Source: Bacteroidota bacterium (lineage in GTDB: Bacteria > Bacteroidota > Bacteroidia > Bacteroidales > UBA12481). Taken from it: a DNA stretch of 64,000 bases. Location: assembly GCA_043797975.1 (NCBI GenBank), contig JAZDPC010000055.1, positions 11,518-75,517 on the forward strand. Reading direction: 5' to 3'. The notes beneath the pieces were generated by a model, which saw only the letters and a list, made by a program, of their open reading frames with translations, was not told the origin of the DNA and searched no databases. Position numbers and translations under genes: made by a program. Shown here piece by piece: positions 18,775 through 28,254 of this stretch; position 1 is the first letter of the stretch; each line of letters starts with the position of its first letter.

Positions 18775-21012
18775 ATGAACAGAGCCCGAATGTCCTTCCT
18801 GTTACTGGGTCTTTCCCTGAGTACTCTAGCCGGTTTCACCCAGCAATCCATTGTGATCCCGAAAGCCGCCTCAACCCCCAAACTCGATGGAAAGCTAGAT
18901 GACCCGGCCTGGCAGGGCATAAAACCCTTTACCATGATTTCCCTGAATCCGGCGGCAGGCTTGCCCCCCTTCCAGGAGACGGAAGTCAGGATGATTTATA
19001 CCGACCGCGATCTGTATGTGGGAGGCTGGCTGTTCGACAAGGAACCTGATGAAATCAGGGCAACCAGCAAGATCCGGGATGATATCGGGCTTACCAACGA
19101 CTGGTTCGCGATAGCGCTCGACACATACGTGGATAAAGAGAATGCCCTGATGTTTGCCACAAATCCGGCAGGTCTGAGGACCGATGCCCAGCTGTTCAAT
19201 GACGGGCAAGGATCTGGTCCAATGAAATCCGAATGGAACACGTTTTGGACGGTGGTTACAAGTAGGGACAGCAAAGGGTGGTACGCCGAGATGCAGATCC
19301 CCTTGTCGAGCCTCAGGTACCAGAAAACCGGAAACAAGGTGCTTATGGGACTTATGTTGTTCCGTTACATCGCGAGGAAGCAGGAGTGGGATGTTTATCC
19401 GCCTATCTCTAATGAATGGGGATTCTGGAGTTGGGCAAAAGCCTCCAAATATCAGCTTATTGAATTTGAAGGAATCGAAACGGTCAACCCGCTGTTTTTC
19501 GCACCCTATATTCTGGGCGGCTTTCAACAAAACGCAAAACTCAATGATGCGGGAGATTCTTATCGGTCAGAGTATACCTGGGCGAAAAATGCCGGGATGG
19601 ATGTCAAATACGGCTTGTCAAAGAACCTAACCCTGGATCTTACGCTTAACACCGATTTTGCACAGGTAGAAGCTGATGACCAACAGGTCAACCTTACCCG
19701 CTTCTCCCTCTTCTATCCCGAAAAACGACAGTTCTTCCTCGAAAGGTCACCCATCTTTGATGTTAGTTTCGGCGGCGGTGAACAGATATTCTACAGTAGG
19801 CGTATCGGTATATACAATGGCAATCAGGTCCCGTTGTGGGGAGGGGGAAGGTTGACAGGGCGCATCGGCGACTGGGACATCGGGGCCATGTCGCTGCAGA
19901 CAGGATTCCTCAGGGACGAAGAAACCCATGAAGAGATTTTGCCAACCCTCAATAATTCGGTACTGAGGCTGCGCCGGAAAGTAGGGATTAACAGCAATTC
20001 CTATATCGGGGGGATATCCACTCTTAAAATCGATCCGGCCGGAAATTTCAACTGGAATTACGCGTTCGACGCCATCATTAATACTTATAAAAACGATTAT
20101 CTGAATGTAATCTGGGCCCAGACGTTGGATTCCGATGAAAAGCCGATCAGTTTGTCGCTCCAAACGGCCAAGTTCATGGTCGATTACACGAGGCGCACCC
20201 AGGACGGATTATCCTACGATGTGAGTTTTTCCCGTTCCGGGGCACGGTATAACCCGGAACTGGGTTTCGAATTCAGACAGGATTATACAAATTTTGGAGC
20301 CTCGGCAGGTTACGGGTGGGATCTTGCCGACAAGCCCGGCTTTATCAATAAGCAAGCAATTTACCTTAGTACGTGGGATTATCTCAGGAATGATGACGGC
20401 AGGCTGGAGACTTTTAGTATTCATCCTTATTATAGCCTGGAGACCAAATCTATGCACGAATTTGGAACAGGAGCTGATATCCAGACTGAGAACCTGAGAG
20501 ATACCTTCTACCTGTCGGACAAAGTTTATGTTCCAGCCGGGAATTACCAGTTCACCAATGCATCTATAAGCTATTCAACACCTGAGTGGAAGGTATTTAC
20601 CGGAGGCATAAATATGTCGGCAGGGCAGTATTATGACGGCTGGATCAGTTCCTGCGCCCTTTCTCAAAACTTAAGATTTGCAAGCAGCTGGATTCTGGGG
20701 CTGACTTACCAGTTCAACAGGATCGGGTTTTCTGAAAGGGACCAGTTTTTTAACACTCACGTGGCTAAGTTCAAGGTTATCTATATGTTCGATACCCGAT
20801 GGACCGCCTCCAGTTACATCCAGTACAACAGCATGATCGACGGGATAATCTGGAATGCCAGACTACGATACAATCCCCGGGAAGGAGTTGATTTTTTTGT
20901 CGTTTACAATGATTTCATCAACACCGGCCGTCAGCGTTCGGAGCCTCCGCTGCCCTTCAGCCTTCAACGGACTTTGTTGTTGAAATTAACCTATACCTTA
21001 AGGGTTCGATGA
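18775..21012 (+). CDS. Exported CBM9-like + DUF5916 protein
   Basis: Signal peptide, PKLDGKLDDPAW, LDLTLNTDFAQVEAD and LFYPEKRQFFLE. Confidence 0.85.
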   Translation: MNRARMSFLLLGLSLSTLAGFTQQSIVIPKAASTPKLDGKLDDPAWQGIKPFTMISLNPAAGLPPFQETEVRMIYTDRDLYVGGWLFDKEPDEIRATSKIRDDIGLTNDWFAIALDTYVDKENALMFATNPAGLRTDAQLFNDGQGSGPMKSEWNTFWTVVTSRDSKGWYAEMQIPLSSLRYQKTGNKVLMGLMLFRYIARKQEWDVYPPISNEWGFWSWAKASKYQLIEFEGIETVNPLFFAPYILGGFQQNAKLNDAGDSYRSEYTWAKNAGMDVKYGLSKNLTLDLTLNTDFAQVEADDQQVNLTRFSLFYPEKRQFFLERSPIFDVSFGGGEQIFYSRRIGIYNGNQVPLWGGGRLTGRIGDWDIGAMSLQTGFLRDEETHEEILPTLNNSVLRLRRKVGINSNSYIGGISTLKIDPAGNFNWNYAFDAIINTYKNDYLNVIWAQTLDSDEKPISLSLQTAKFMVDYTRRTQDGLSYDVSFSRSGARYNPELGFEFRQDYTNFGASAGYGWDLADKPGFINKQAIYLSTWDYLRNDDGRLETFSIHPYYSLETKSMHEFGTGADIQTENLRDTFYLSDKVYVPAGNYQFTNASISYSTPEWKVFTGGINMSAGQYYDGWISSCALSQNLRFASSWILGLTYQFNRIGFSERDQFFNTHVAKFKVIYMFDTRWTASSYIQYNSMIDGIIWNARLRYNPREGVDFFVVYNDFINTGRQRSEPPLPFSLQRTLLLKLTYTLRVR

Positions 21013-21033
21013 TTCCGATGTCATAGTCTGGCT

Positions 21034-21113
21034 TCGATCAAATGGATTATCCAAATAGTCGATTTGTTAATCTGATTATTCTTCGTTACCTTTTAGGGAT
21101 GAATGGTTTATAC
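21034..21113 (+). promoter_or_regulatory. Shared promoter/operator motif, copy 2
   Basis: tcgatcaaatggattatccaaatagtcgatttg...ttcgttacctttt...tgaatggttta. Confidence 0.65.
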
Positions 21114-21150
21114 GGAAAATATTCAACCATGACAAATCAATATTCGTCAA

Positions 21151-21768
21151 ATGAAACCACAAAAAGTATCTGGCACATATCAGCAGACTCGTAGATCATT
21201 CCTGGCCATAAGCATACCTGCCTGCGCTTTTAGTTGCTTTGGACTGGCACAAAATGCACAGGCAACCGATTTGCCCGATGTGATTAAAAAGCAAGGGCAT
21301 AAGTTTGACAAAAAGGTTGGTTGGACTTACGAACAGGTTTATCAATTCAGAGCCAAGCTTTTTTCAGACAGGTTGAATCGGATTGCCGAACACCTGGGTC
21401 GTGAGAATGTTATTGAAGCCCTGAAGAAATCAACAGAAGATTACTACAAGTCTATTGCATCAAAAACTCCCGGGAGTTCCTTGCAGGATTTTGTTCAGCC
21501 ATTTTACAAAGATGAAGGTTATCGGGCTATCCTTACAATTGAAGTAATCGAAAATCGTGATGACTTTATATCCTGGAGGGTTACTGAATGCCTAAATGCC
21601 AAGGTATTCCGGAAGCTTGAAGCCGCCGACATTGGATATGCCACACTCTGCCATGGAGACGAAGCCTGGGCGAAAGCGTTTAACCCGAACATCACGTTTA
21701 GCCGTACTAAAACTCTTATGGAAGGTCATGATTGCTGTGACCACTGCTACATGATGTTAAAGGAATAG
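21151..21768 (+). CDS. ATC-hydrolase (L-2-amino-thiazoline-4-carboxylate hydrolase)/V4R-like protein with Tat-like signal
   Basis: TRRSFL twin-arginine leader and VTEC...LCHGD...RTKTLMEGHDCCDH. Confidence 0.75.
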   Translation: MKPQKVSGTYQQTRRSFLAISIPACAFSCFGLAQNAQATDLPDVIKKQGHKFDKKVGWTYEQVYQFRAKLFSDRLNRIAEHLGRENVIEALKKSTEDYYKSIASKTPGSSLQDFVQPFYKDEGYRAILTIEVIENRDDFISWRVTECLNAKVFRKLEAADIGYATLCHGDEAWAKAFNPNITFSRTKTLMEGHDCCDHCYMMLKE

Positions 21769-21792
21769 ATTCTTAGGCCAAGAGGGATATCA

Positions 21793-21871
21793 TTCCGGAC
21801 ATTTTGTGCCAAATACGTACCAGAAATGAAAAATAAAAAACTGATCTACTTGATTAACAGGTAGATCGGTT
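21793..21871. mobile_element. att-like site B
   Basis: ttccgg...tgccaaatacg-taccaga...aactgatctacttgattaacaggtagatcggtt. Confidence 0.65.
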
Positions 21872-21978
21872 AAATTCTTTTGGCCATCGATGCTCCAACC
21901 TATGGACATCCATGTCAATTTTAATCCCCTACTCAAATCCACCTGTCAAAGACAGGGACAATAGATTATAACCTAATT

Positions 21979-22058
21979 TCGATCAAATGAGATCATTTAA
22001 ATGACGATTTGGTGGTCTCAATATTTTTCGTTACCTTTTATCAATGAATGGTTTAACA
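21979..22058 (+). promoter_or_regulatory. Shared promoter/operator motif, copy 3
   Basis: tcgatcaaatgagatcatttaaatgacgatttgg...ttcgttacctttt...tgaatggttta, giving TTTG-N20-TAnnTTT spacing. Confidence 0.65.
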
Positions 22059-22084
22059 TAAATAATTTTTCAAAGCTGCCCACA

Positions 22085-23368
22085 ATGAATAAACTTAGTT
22101 ATCTAACTCTTGTACTTCTGACAATTACACTTGGATTCCGGAACAATCCGAATTCTGATTTGCAGTCAAATTATGGTCATGTTATTCCTGTCTCCAAACC
22201 TGAAAAAGTAGGACTGTCATCAGACCGTTTAAATCGAATAAAACCTTTCATGCAGAGGTACATTGATGAAAACAAGATTCCGGGCATGATTACCCTGGTA
22301 GCGCGTCACGGGAAAATTGTCCATTTTGAAAAGTATGGAATGATGGATACCGATAAGCCCATGCAGTTCAATACTATTTTTGCCATTAAATCAATGACCA
22401 AGCCTGTTGTTAGTGTCGCTGCAATGATGCTTTATGAGGAAGGCTGTTTTCAATTAGACGATCCTGTTGCCAAATATATTCCGGAATTTAAGGACCTTAA
22501 GGTCTTTTCATACAAAGATAAAGATGGAATTCATCTGGAAGATCAGAAAAATCCAATGACGATACACGATCTTCTTACTCATACCTCCGGACTGTCTTAT
22601 GGTTGGTATGGGAATACCGTGGATTCTATTTACCGGGCAGCAAATATCTTTGAAGGAACCGTGAAAGACATGATACAAAAGTTATCCAAGATCCCTCTTT
22701 TATTTCAGCCTGGTACAAAATTTAATTACAGTGTTTCAACCGATGTCTTAGGTTATCTGGTGGAGATTATTTCCGGCAAATCATTAGATATTTTTTTACA
22801 GGAGCGAATTTTTACTCCGCTAAAAATGACAGATACCGGTTTTTATGTCCCTAAAGAAAAGATAGATCGATTTGCAGCTTTATACAGTGTTACTGACAAT
22901 GGATTTAAAGTCATAGACAAACCGGAATCAAGCAAAATGACGAAACCACCGACACGCCTTTCAGGTGGTGGCGGGCTTGTATCAACTGCATCTGATTATC
23001 TGATCTTTGCCCAAATGTTGTCGAATAAAGGAGAATTTAATAGCACACGTCTCCTGGGCACTAAAACTGTCGAATTAATGACCCAAAATCATCTTTCTGA
23101 AGAATTGATACCTATTGGCATTGAACGTTTTGGAAAATTCAATGGATATGGATTCGGTTTAGGTTTTGCCATTATGGTAAATAATATCAATTCTCATATA
23201 TCAGGTTCAGATGGTGAATACGGTTGGTTTGGCATTAATAATACTTATTTCTGGATTGATCCCACCGAGGAATTAATATGGATTCAATTGGGACAATACC
23301 AGCCGGCTGGTTATTATCCGATCAATAAAGAATTCAAGGTACTGGTTTATCAGTCAATCATTGATTAA
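22085..23368 (+). CDS. Exported serine hydrolase (class C beta-lactamase/esterase family)
   Basis: SMTK (SxxK), LLTHTSG, FQPGTKFNYS and SGGGGL motifs, with a signal peptide from ATG 22085. Confidence 0.88.
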   Translation: MNKLSYLTLVLLTITLGFRNNPNSDLQSNYGHVIPVSKPEKVGLSSDRLNRIKPFMQRYIDENKIPGMITLVARHGKIVHFEKYGMMDTDKPMQFNTIFAIKSMTKPVVSVAAMMLYEEGCFQLDDPVAKYIPEFKDLKVFSYKDKDGIHLEDQKNPMTIHDLLTHTSGLSYGWYGNTVDSIYRAANIFEGTVKDMIQKLSKIPLLFQPGTKFNYSVSTDVLGYLVEIISGKSLDIFLQERIFTPLKMTDTGFYVPKEKIDRFAALYSVTDNGFKVIDKPESSKMTKPPTRLSGGGGLVSTASDYLIFAQMLSNKGEFNSTRLLGTKTVELMTQNHLSEELIPIGIERFGKFNGYGFGLGFAIMVNNINSHISGSDGEYGWFGINNTYFWIDPTEELIWIQLGQYQPAGYYPINKEFKVLVYQSIID

Positions 23369-23496
23369 TTGAGTCTTGTATATTCGATGAGGACGACAAC
23401 TTGAAAAATCGAACAACCAAGATTTGACCATAATAATGACCTGTTCATTTGAGGACCTCAGGGCGATGAATAGCCGAAAGAAAACATGATGAAAAT

Positions 23497-24411
23497 CTAT
23501 TTCCCGGAAAGTTCCTGGTAAACCATAGTGACAAAAGCCCGGGCCATCTTGTCCATTTTTTTACGTAATCCTTGCAGAGGTTCTGTGTTAATAATCTCAT
23601 CAAGAGTTTTTCCTTCCTTCATCAGGGATACTATCCTTTCTCTTTCGATTGATAACATTTCTCCATATTCCAATAAAGCCTGCCGGTTGGATACCGGTCC
23701 ATGACCGGGAATAATTATAGTCTTGTCATCACATTGATTATAAAGCTTTTTTACCGCAGAAATATATCCGTCAATCGATCCTCCTTTATACTTATCCAAA
23801 AGAGGCAACCCTGCAGGCAGGAACAAATCTCCGGTAAAAAGAATATTGGCATTTCCCATATAACAGATTGCATCACTGCCTGAATGAGCCTTTGTATAAT
23901 TATTACATCTGATTACATCATCATTAAAATAAATGTTCAATGAGTCGTGAAAGCAAATCATCGGTAAGTATTCAAATGAAAAAGGAGGAGTGACGGGTAC
24001 TTTTATCCCGCCGATTTCAGGCAAATCCAATGCAACCGTCATCCATTGTCGGGTGCTGTCATGAGCCAGAATGATTGCGCCATTTTCAGCCAGTTTTTTA
24101 TTTCCTCCGACATGGTCAAAATGAAAGTGGGTATTGAAAACATATTTCACCGGCAAATCTGAGATAGTCGAGATGACGGAATCGGTTATTTCAGAATTTT
24201 CTGACATTCCTGTATCAATGATCAACAGGCCTTCTTTCCCGACAATGACTCCTATATTGCAGCCGAATTTAGTGATCATAAAAATTCCCTTCGATACTTC
24301 CTTGACTCCAGGTGATGGTCTGGCAGGTTCCTGTGATAATGTCAGGTTACTGATAGAAAGAAAATAAATGGCCAGTAACCACATGTGAGGTATTGCTTTA
24401 TTAGGTTTCAT
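23497..24411 (-). CDS. Exported MBL-fold hydrolase (cyclase-like)
   Basis: NTHFHFDHVGGN, AHSGSD, FTGD and IPGHG. The start could be as far upstream as 24459. Confidence 0.82.
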   Translation of the reverse strand: MKPNKAIPHMWLLAIYFLSISNLTLSQEPARPSPGVKEVSKGIFMITKFGCNIGVIVGKEGLLIIDTGMSENSEITDSVISTISDLPVKYVFNTHFHFDHVGGNKKLAENGAIILAHDSTRQWMTVALDLPEIGGIKVPVTPPFSFEYLPMICFHDSLNIYFNDDVIRCNNYTKAHSGSDAICYMGNANILFTGDLFLPAGLPLLDKYKGGSIDGYISAVKKLYNQCDDKTIIIPGHGPVSNRQALLEYGEMLSIERERIVSLMKEGKTLDEIINTEPLQGLRKKMDKMARAFVTMVYQELSGK

Positions 24412-24607
24412 GATTTTAGAGCTAACAGTCATTTCATATAAAGTTATTCCATTAATCATGTGCTGCCAAAAAAAGTCAGGGAAATCAAAAAACGATCAGA
24501 ATGAGCCAATAATTTAATGTGTGTCCAAATTTAAACGAACACCAACCCACACTCCCCTCCAAATCCTGACGATGGACAATTTTTGTAACCCAAATTCTAG
24601 ACCAATA

Positions 24608-24687
24608 TCGCTCAGATGGATCATCCATAAAGACGATTTGGTTTTCTACGGTGAATCCACTATCTTTTTGTTATGAAAGATCTAAAT
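24608..24687 (+). promoter_or_regulatory. Shared promoter/operator motif, copy 4
   Basis: tcgctcagatggatcatccataaagacgatttgg...tatctttt. Confidence 0.6.
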
Positions 24688-24708
24688 TATTAAATAAATA
24701 ACCGAAAC

Positions 24709-25587
24709 ATGATGAAATCATCCCGTTTAACCATTGTTACTGCCGTATTCCTGTTGCTTTGCGCAAACCTGATGCAGGCACAGACACAACCTGCCACGGC
24801 ACCAGCCTGCCTGATGAATACCGAGCAGTTTTGGTTGACCTCAAAAAATATGGAAGGTGAAAATTACCTCATCCAGGTCAGCCTGCCTTATGATTATGCC
24901 ACCTCGGGATTATCGTATCCTGTCCTCTATTTCCCGGATGGTGATGTGGCGTTCGGATTGATAAAGGGAATTGTTGACATGCTGCAGATCGGCCAAAATA
25001 ACAGGGATATTATTGTTGTGGGTATAGGTTACGGCCAGGGTTTCAACACTTGGGCAACAAAAAGAACGAGGGATTTGTCACCTGACAGGGATACCGGTGC
25101 CTTTGCCAGGCAATTCAAGGACCTGGGATGGGCCGATAAATTCATCAGGTTCATGAAGGATGAATTGTTTCCCGTGGTCAATAAGAACTACCGGACAATT
25201 CCCGATTCCTGCGCCATCAGCGGAGGTTCATTCAGCGGATTGTTCAATTCATACGTTTTGTGCACGCAACCTGAATTATTCAAGGGATATATCATTTTCT
25301 CTCCCTCATTGGAATGGAACAACCAAAGCATACTGAAATATGAAAGCGAATATTTCAAGAACCATAAAGAGCTGAATTGCAAAGTTTTTATTGGCTATGC
25401 CTCGCGTGATATTCCGGCATCAATGGAGCCGATCAAAGAGTTTATCCGTGTGCTTCAGATGCATGACTATCAGGGGCTCGAGCTTTCAACGCGTGTATTT
25501 GAAGGAGAGACTCACCTTTCAGTCCCATCCTTCGCCCTGACCACAGGACTGAAAACTTTATTCTGGCCCGTAGACCGCTGGAGATAA
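24709..25587 (+). CDS. Exported alpha/beta hydrolase (IroE-like esterase)
   Basis: YPVLYFPDG, VVGIGY, RTRDLSP, GGSFSG nucleophile elbow and GETH. Confidence 0.82.
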   Translation: MMKSSRLTIVTAVFLLLCANLMQAQTQPATAPACLMNTEQFWLTSKNMEGENYLIQVSLPYDYATSGLSYPVLYFPDGDVAFGLIKGIVDMLQIGQNNRDIIVVGIGYGQGFNTWATKRTRDLSPDRDTGAFARQFKDLGWADKFIRFMKDELFPVVNKNYRTIPDSCAISGGSFSGLFNSYVLCTQPELFKGYIIFSPSLEWNNQSILKYESEYFKNHKELNCKVFIGYASRDIPASMEPIKEFIRVLQMHDYQGLELSTRVFEGETHLSVPSFALTTGLKTLFWPVDRWR

Positions 25588-25612
25588 TGTCAATGTACAA
25601 ACAATAACCACC

Positions 25613-26107
25613 ATGAAAACAATTCGTTTAACCGCACTGATTGGAGCCTGCATGATACTCTGCATTTGTGGATGCACTTCAAAACAGGGAGACCAATTGA
25701 CAGAAAAGCAAAAAGAACAAATCAAGAAAGAAATAATAACCGTTTACGATAGTATTTTTAGCAAGCTCGAAAAGCTGGATGTTGAGCAATCTTGTCAATA
25801 TTACACACCCGATTGCATGGTTTTTGGTTCTGATGGAGAGCAAACCTCTTTTCAGGACTATAAGAAATGGGGTATTGATGTCTACAAGTCAGCCACTTCA
25901 TACAAATGGATTTCATCAGGTCCGGTCTTCATATCCATTACCAGAGATGTCGTCCTCATTTCCCTGGATGGAAGGAACGAAACCCTGATGAATTCGGGAA
26001 AAATGTTTGTTACCGAACCATCTCACTATACCTGGGCCTTTAAGAAGACCAATGGTCAATGGAAACTGTTCTATCACCATTTTTCTGGCGCATTCCTGAA
26101 TAAGTAG
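25613..26107 (+). CDS. NTF2/SnoaL-like lipoprotein
   Basis: Lipobox-like ICGC and C-terminal YTWAFKKTNGQWKLFYHHFS. Confidence 0.75.
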   Translation: MKTIRLTALIGACMILCICGCTSKQGDQLTEKQKEQIKKEIITVYDSIFSKLEKLDVEQSCQYYTPDCMVFGSDGEQTSFQDYKKWGIDVYKSATSYKWISSGPVFISITRDVVLISLDGRNETLMNSGKMFVTEPSHYTWAFKKTNGQWKLFYHHFSGAFLNK

Positions 26108-26140
26108 GCTGAAAACATCGGGAATTGATTTACCCATAAA

Positions 26141-26167
26141 GTTCTGTACCTTTGAGAGTAATGACCT
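26141..26167 (+). promoter_or_regulatory. TACCTTTG promoter in the leader shared with 1105-1131
   Basis: 27-bp match with one mismatch. Confidence 0.7.
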
Positions 26168-26179
26168 GAATGTTAGACT

Positions 26180-28240
26180 ATGTCATCAGTTCTGCCCGGT
26201 TTCGAATACGACATCTTCATCAGCTACCGCCAGAAAGACAACAAGTATGACGGATGGGTAACGGAATTTGTCGATCACCTGAAGAAAGAGTTGGAAGCCA
26301 CATTCAAAGAAGATATCAGCGTTTATTTCGATATCAACCCGCATGACGGACTGCTGGAGACCGATGACGTGCATGAGTCCTTGAAATCTAAGCTGAAATG
26401 CCCGGTTTTTATCCCGATCATTTCCCGCACTTACTGCGATCCGAAATCATTTGCATGGGAGCATGAGTTCAGGGCATTTGTTGAACAGGCTTCACGGGAT
26501 CAATTCGGACTGAAAGTCAAGCTGCCCAATGGCAATGTGGCGAGCCGGGTGCTCCCGATTCGTATTCACGACCTGGATACCCTTGATATTAAAGAATGTG
26601 AATCAATTCTGGGAGGAGTGCTGCGTGGAATTGAATTTATCTACAAAGAACCCGGAGTGAACAAACCACTCACCACCGATGACGAAGAAAAGAAGAACCT
26701 GAATAATACCAAATACCGGATACAGATCAACAAGGTGGCCAATGCCATTAAAGAGATTATTTCAGGATTGAAAAGAGAGCCGACAGAATCTGCCGTTGAA
26801 CCAAAAGAAGTTCCCTTGTTAAATGATCGACCAGTTTTAAACGAGAAATCGATTATAGTTCTGCCATTTGAGAACATAAGTCCTGATCCGGATCAGGAGT
26901 ACTTTAGTGATGGCCTTACAGAAGAACTCATAACAGACCTTTCGCAAATCCATGATCTTCTGGTTATATCGAGAAGCTCAGCTATGACCTTTAAAGGAAC
27001 AAAAAAGAAAATTGGGCAAATAGCTAATGAGGTGAATGTGCAATATGTCCTGGAAGGAAGTGTAAGGAAAGCCGGAAATAATCTTCGTATCACAGCACAG
27101 TTGATAGACGGAACAACTGATACACATATATGGGCGGAAAAATATAATGGAAATCTTGACGATGTTTTTGATATTCAGGAAAAAGTCTCACACTCGATAG
27201 TAGATTCACTTAAATTAAAACTCTCTCCTGAAGAAGACCAAAACATTATTTTTAGACCTATTCAAAACATTACAGCATATGACTGCTATCTGAAGGCCAG
27301 GCAGAGTTTTTGGTCATGGGATAAAGAAGCCTTGAATCGTGCTGCCCAATTGCTTGAAAACGGTTTGGAAATAACCGGGGACAATGAATTCATTTATGCT
27401 GGTTTGGGATATGTTAATTGGCAGATTTTCAATTATGGTTTTGTACCAGAATTTTACTTACTTAATAAGGTACAGGATTACGTAAATAAGATTTTTAAAA
27501 TTGACAGCAATTCTCCATTAGGATTCAGACTACTCGGATTGATAGCAATATTTAAAGAATCCTTGCAAAAAGCTTGTTATTATTTTAAAAAGGATTTAGA
27601 GGTTGATCCCAATGACTCAGAGGCATTAGTGTGGTATTCCATGTGCCTGATCTATTCCGGGAAGACGGAGGAAACCAGATCATTAATAAACAGACTTCAA
27701 AAGATTGATCCGCTTACCTGGATAAATCATGCTGTATTAGGCTTACTTTTAATCATTGAAGGGGATTATAACGGGGCACTCAAACAATCTGAGAAAATAT
27801 TTTCCATGGAACCCGGTAATCCGTACCTCAAATTTAGTTATGCATATTGTCTGGCATATAATAAATCTTATAAGAAAGCATATGAATTATTTGACGAAGC
27901 AGCTATTGAGGGGAAAGACTTTTATGTGGGCTCTTTGAGCAAATTTGTAAAGCATGCTTTCCGAAATGAGAAAGCAAAAGCTTTAATGTCAGTAACCCAA
28001 GAGCTAAAAAAGAAATCTGAAAATGATTTTGAAATAGCCTGGCAAATGGCAGAATGTTATTCAATGATGAACGAGAAGCGGCTAGCCCTTGATTGCATTG
28101 AATATGCTATAAACCGTGGAGTGATAAATTACCCGTTTTTGGCAGAAAAAAATCCTTACCTCCTTAATATCCGTGGCGAGGAACGGTTTAAAAAGTTAAT
28201 GGAACGGGTCAAAAATGAATGGGAAAACTTTAAAGTTTAA
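26180..28240 (+). CDS. TIR-like + TolB_N-like + TPR protein (no TM helix, cytoplasmic)
   Basis: Same TIR N-terminus, then KSIIVLPFENISPDPDQEYFSDGLTEE and VLEGSVRKAGNNLRITAQLID (TolB-like), then TPRs. Confidence 0.8.
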   Translation: MSSVLPGFEYDIFISYRQKDNKYDGWVTEFVDHLKKELEATFKEDISVYFDINPHDGLLETDDVHESLKSKLKCPVFIPIISRTYCDPKSFAWEHEFRAFVEQASRDQFGLKVKLPNGNVASRVLPIRIHDLDTLDIKECESILGGVLRGIEFIYKEPGVNKPLTTDDEEKKNLNNTKYRIQINKVANAIKEIISGLKREPTESAVEPKEVPLLNDRPVLNEKSIIVLPFENISPDPDQEYFSDGLTEELITDLSQIHDLLVISRSSAMTFKGTKKKIGQIANEVNVQYVLEGSVRKAGNNLRITAQLIDGTTDTHIWAEKYNGNLDDVFDIQEKVSHSIVDSLKLKLSPEEDQNIIFRPIQNITAYDCYLKARQSFWSWDKEALNRAAQLLENGLEITGDNEFIYAGLGYVNWQIFNYGFVPEFYLLNKVQDYVNKIFKIDSNSPLGFRLLGLIAIFKESLQKACYYFKKDLEVDPNDSEALVWYSMCLIYSGKTEETRSLINRLQKIDPLTWINHAVLGLLLIIEGDYNGALKQSEKIFSMEPGNPYLKFSYAYCLAYNKSYKKAYELFDEAAIEGKDFYVGSLSKFVKHAFRNEKAKALMSVTQELKKKSENDFEIAWQMAECYSMMNEKRLALDCIEYAINRGVINYPFLAEKNPYLLNIRGEERFKKLMERVKNEWENFKV

Positions 28241-28254
28241 AATCAATTTGCGAT

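Noticed and set aside
22085..24411. Class C-like and MBL-fold genes as antibiotic-resistance determinants
   Set aside because: The motifs fit the broad esterase and cyclase-like superfamilies. Nothing points specifically to beta-lactamase activity.
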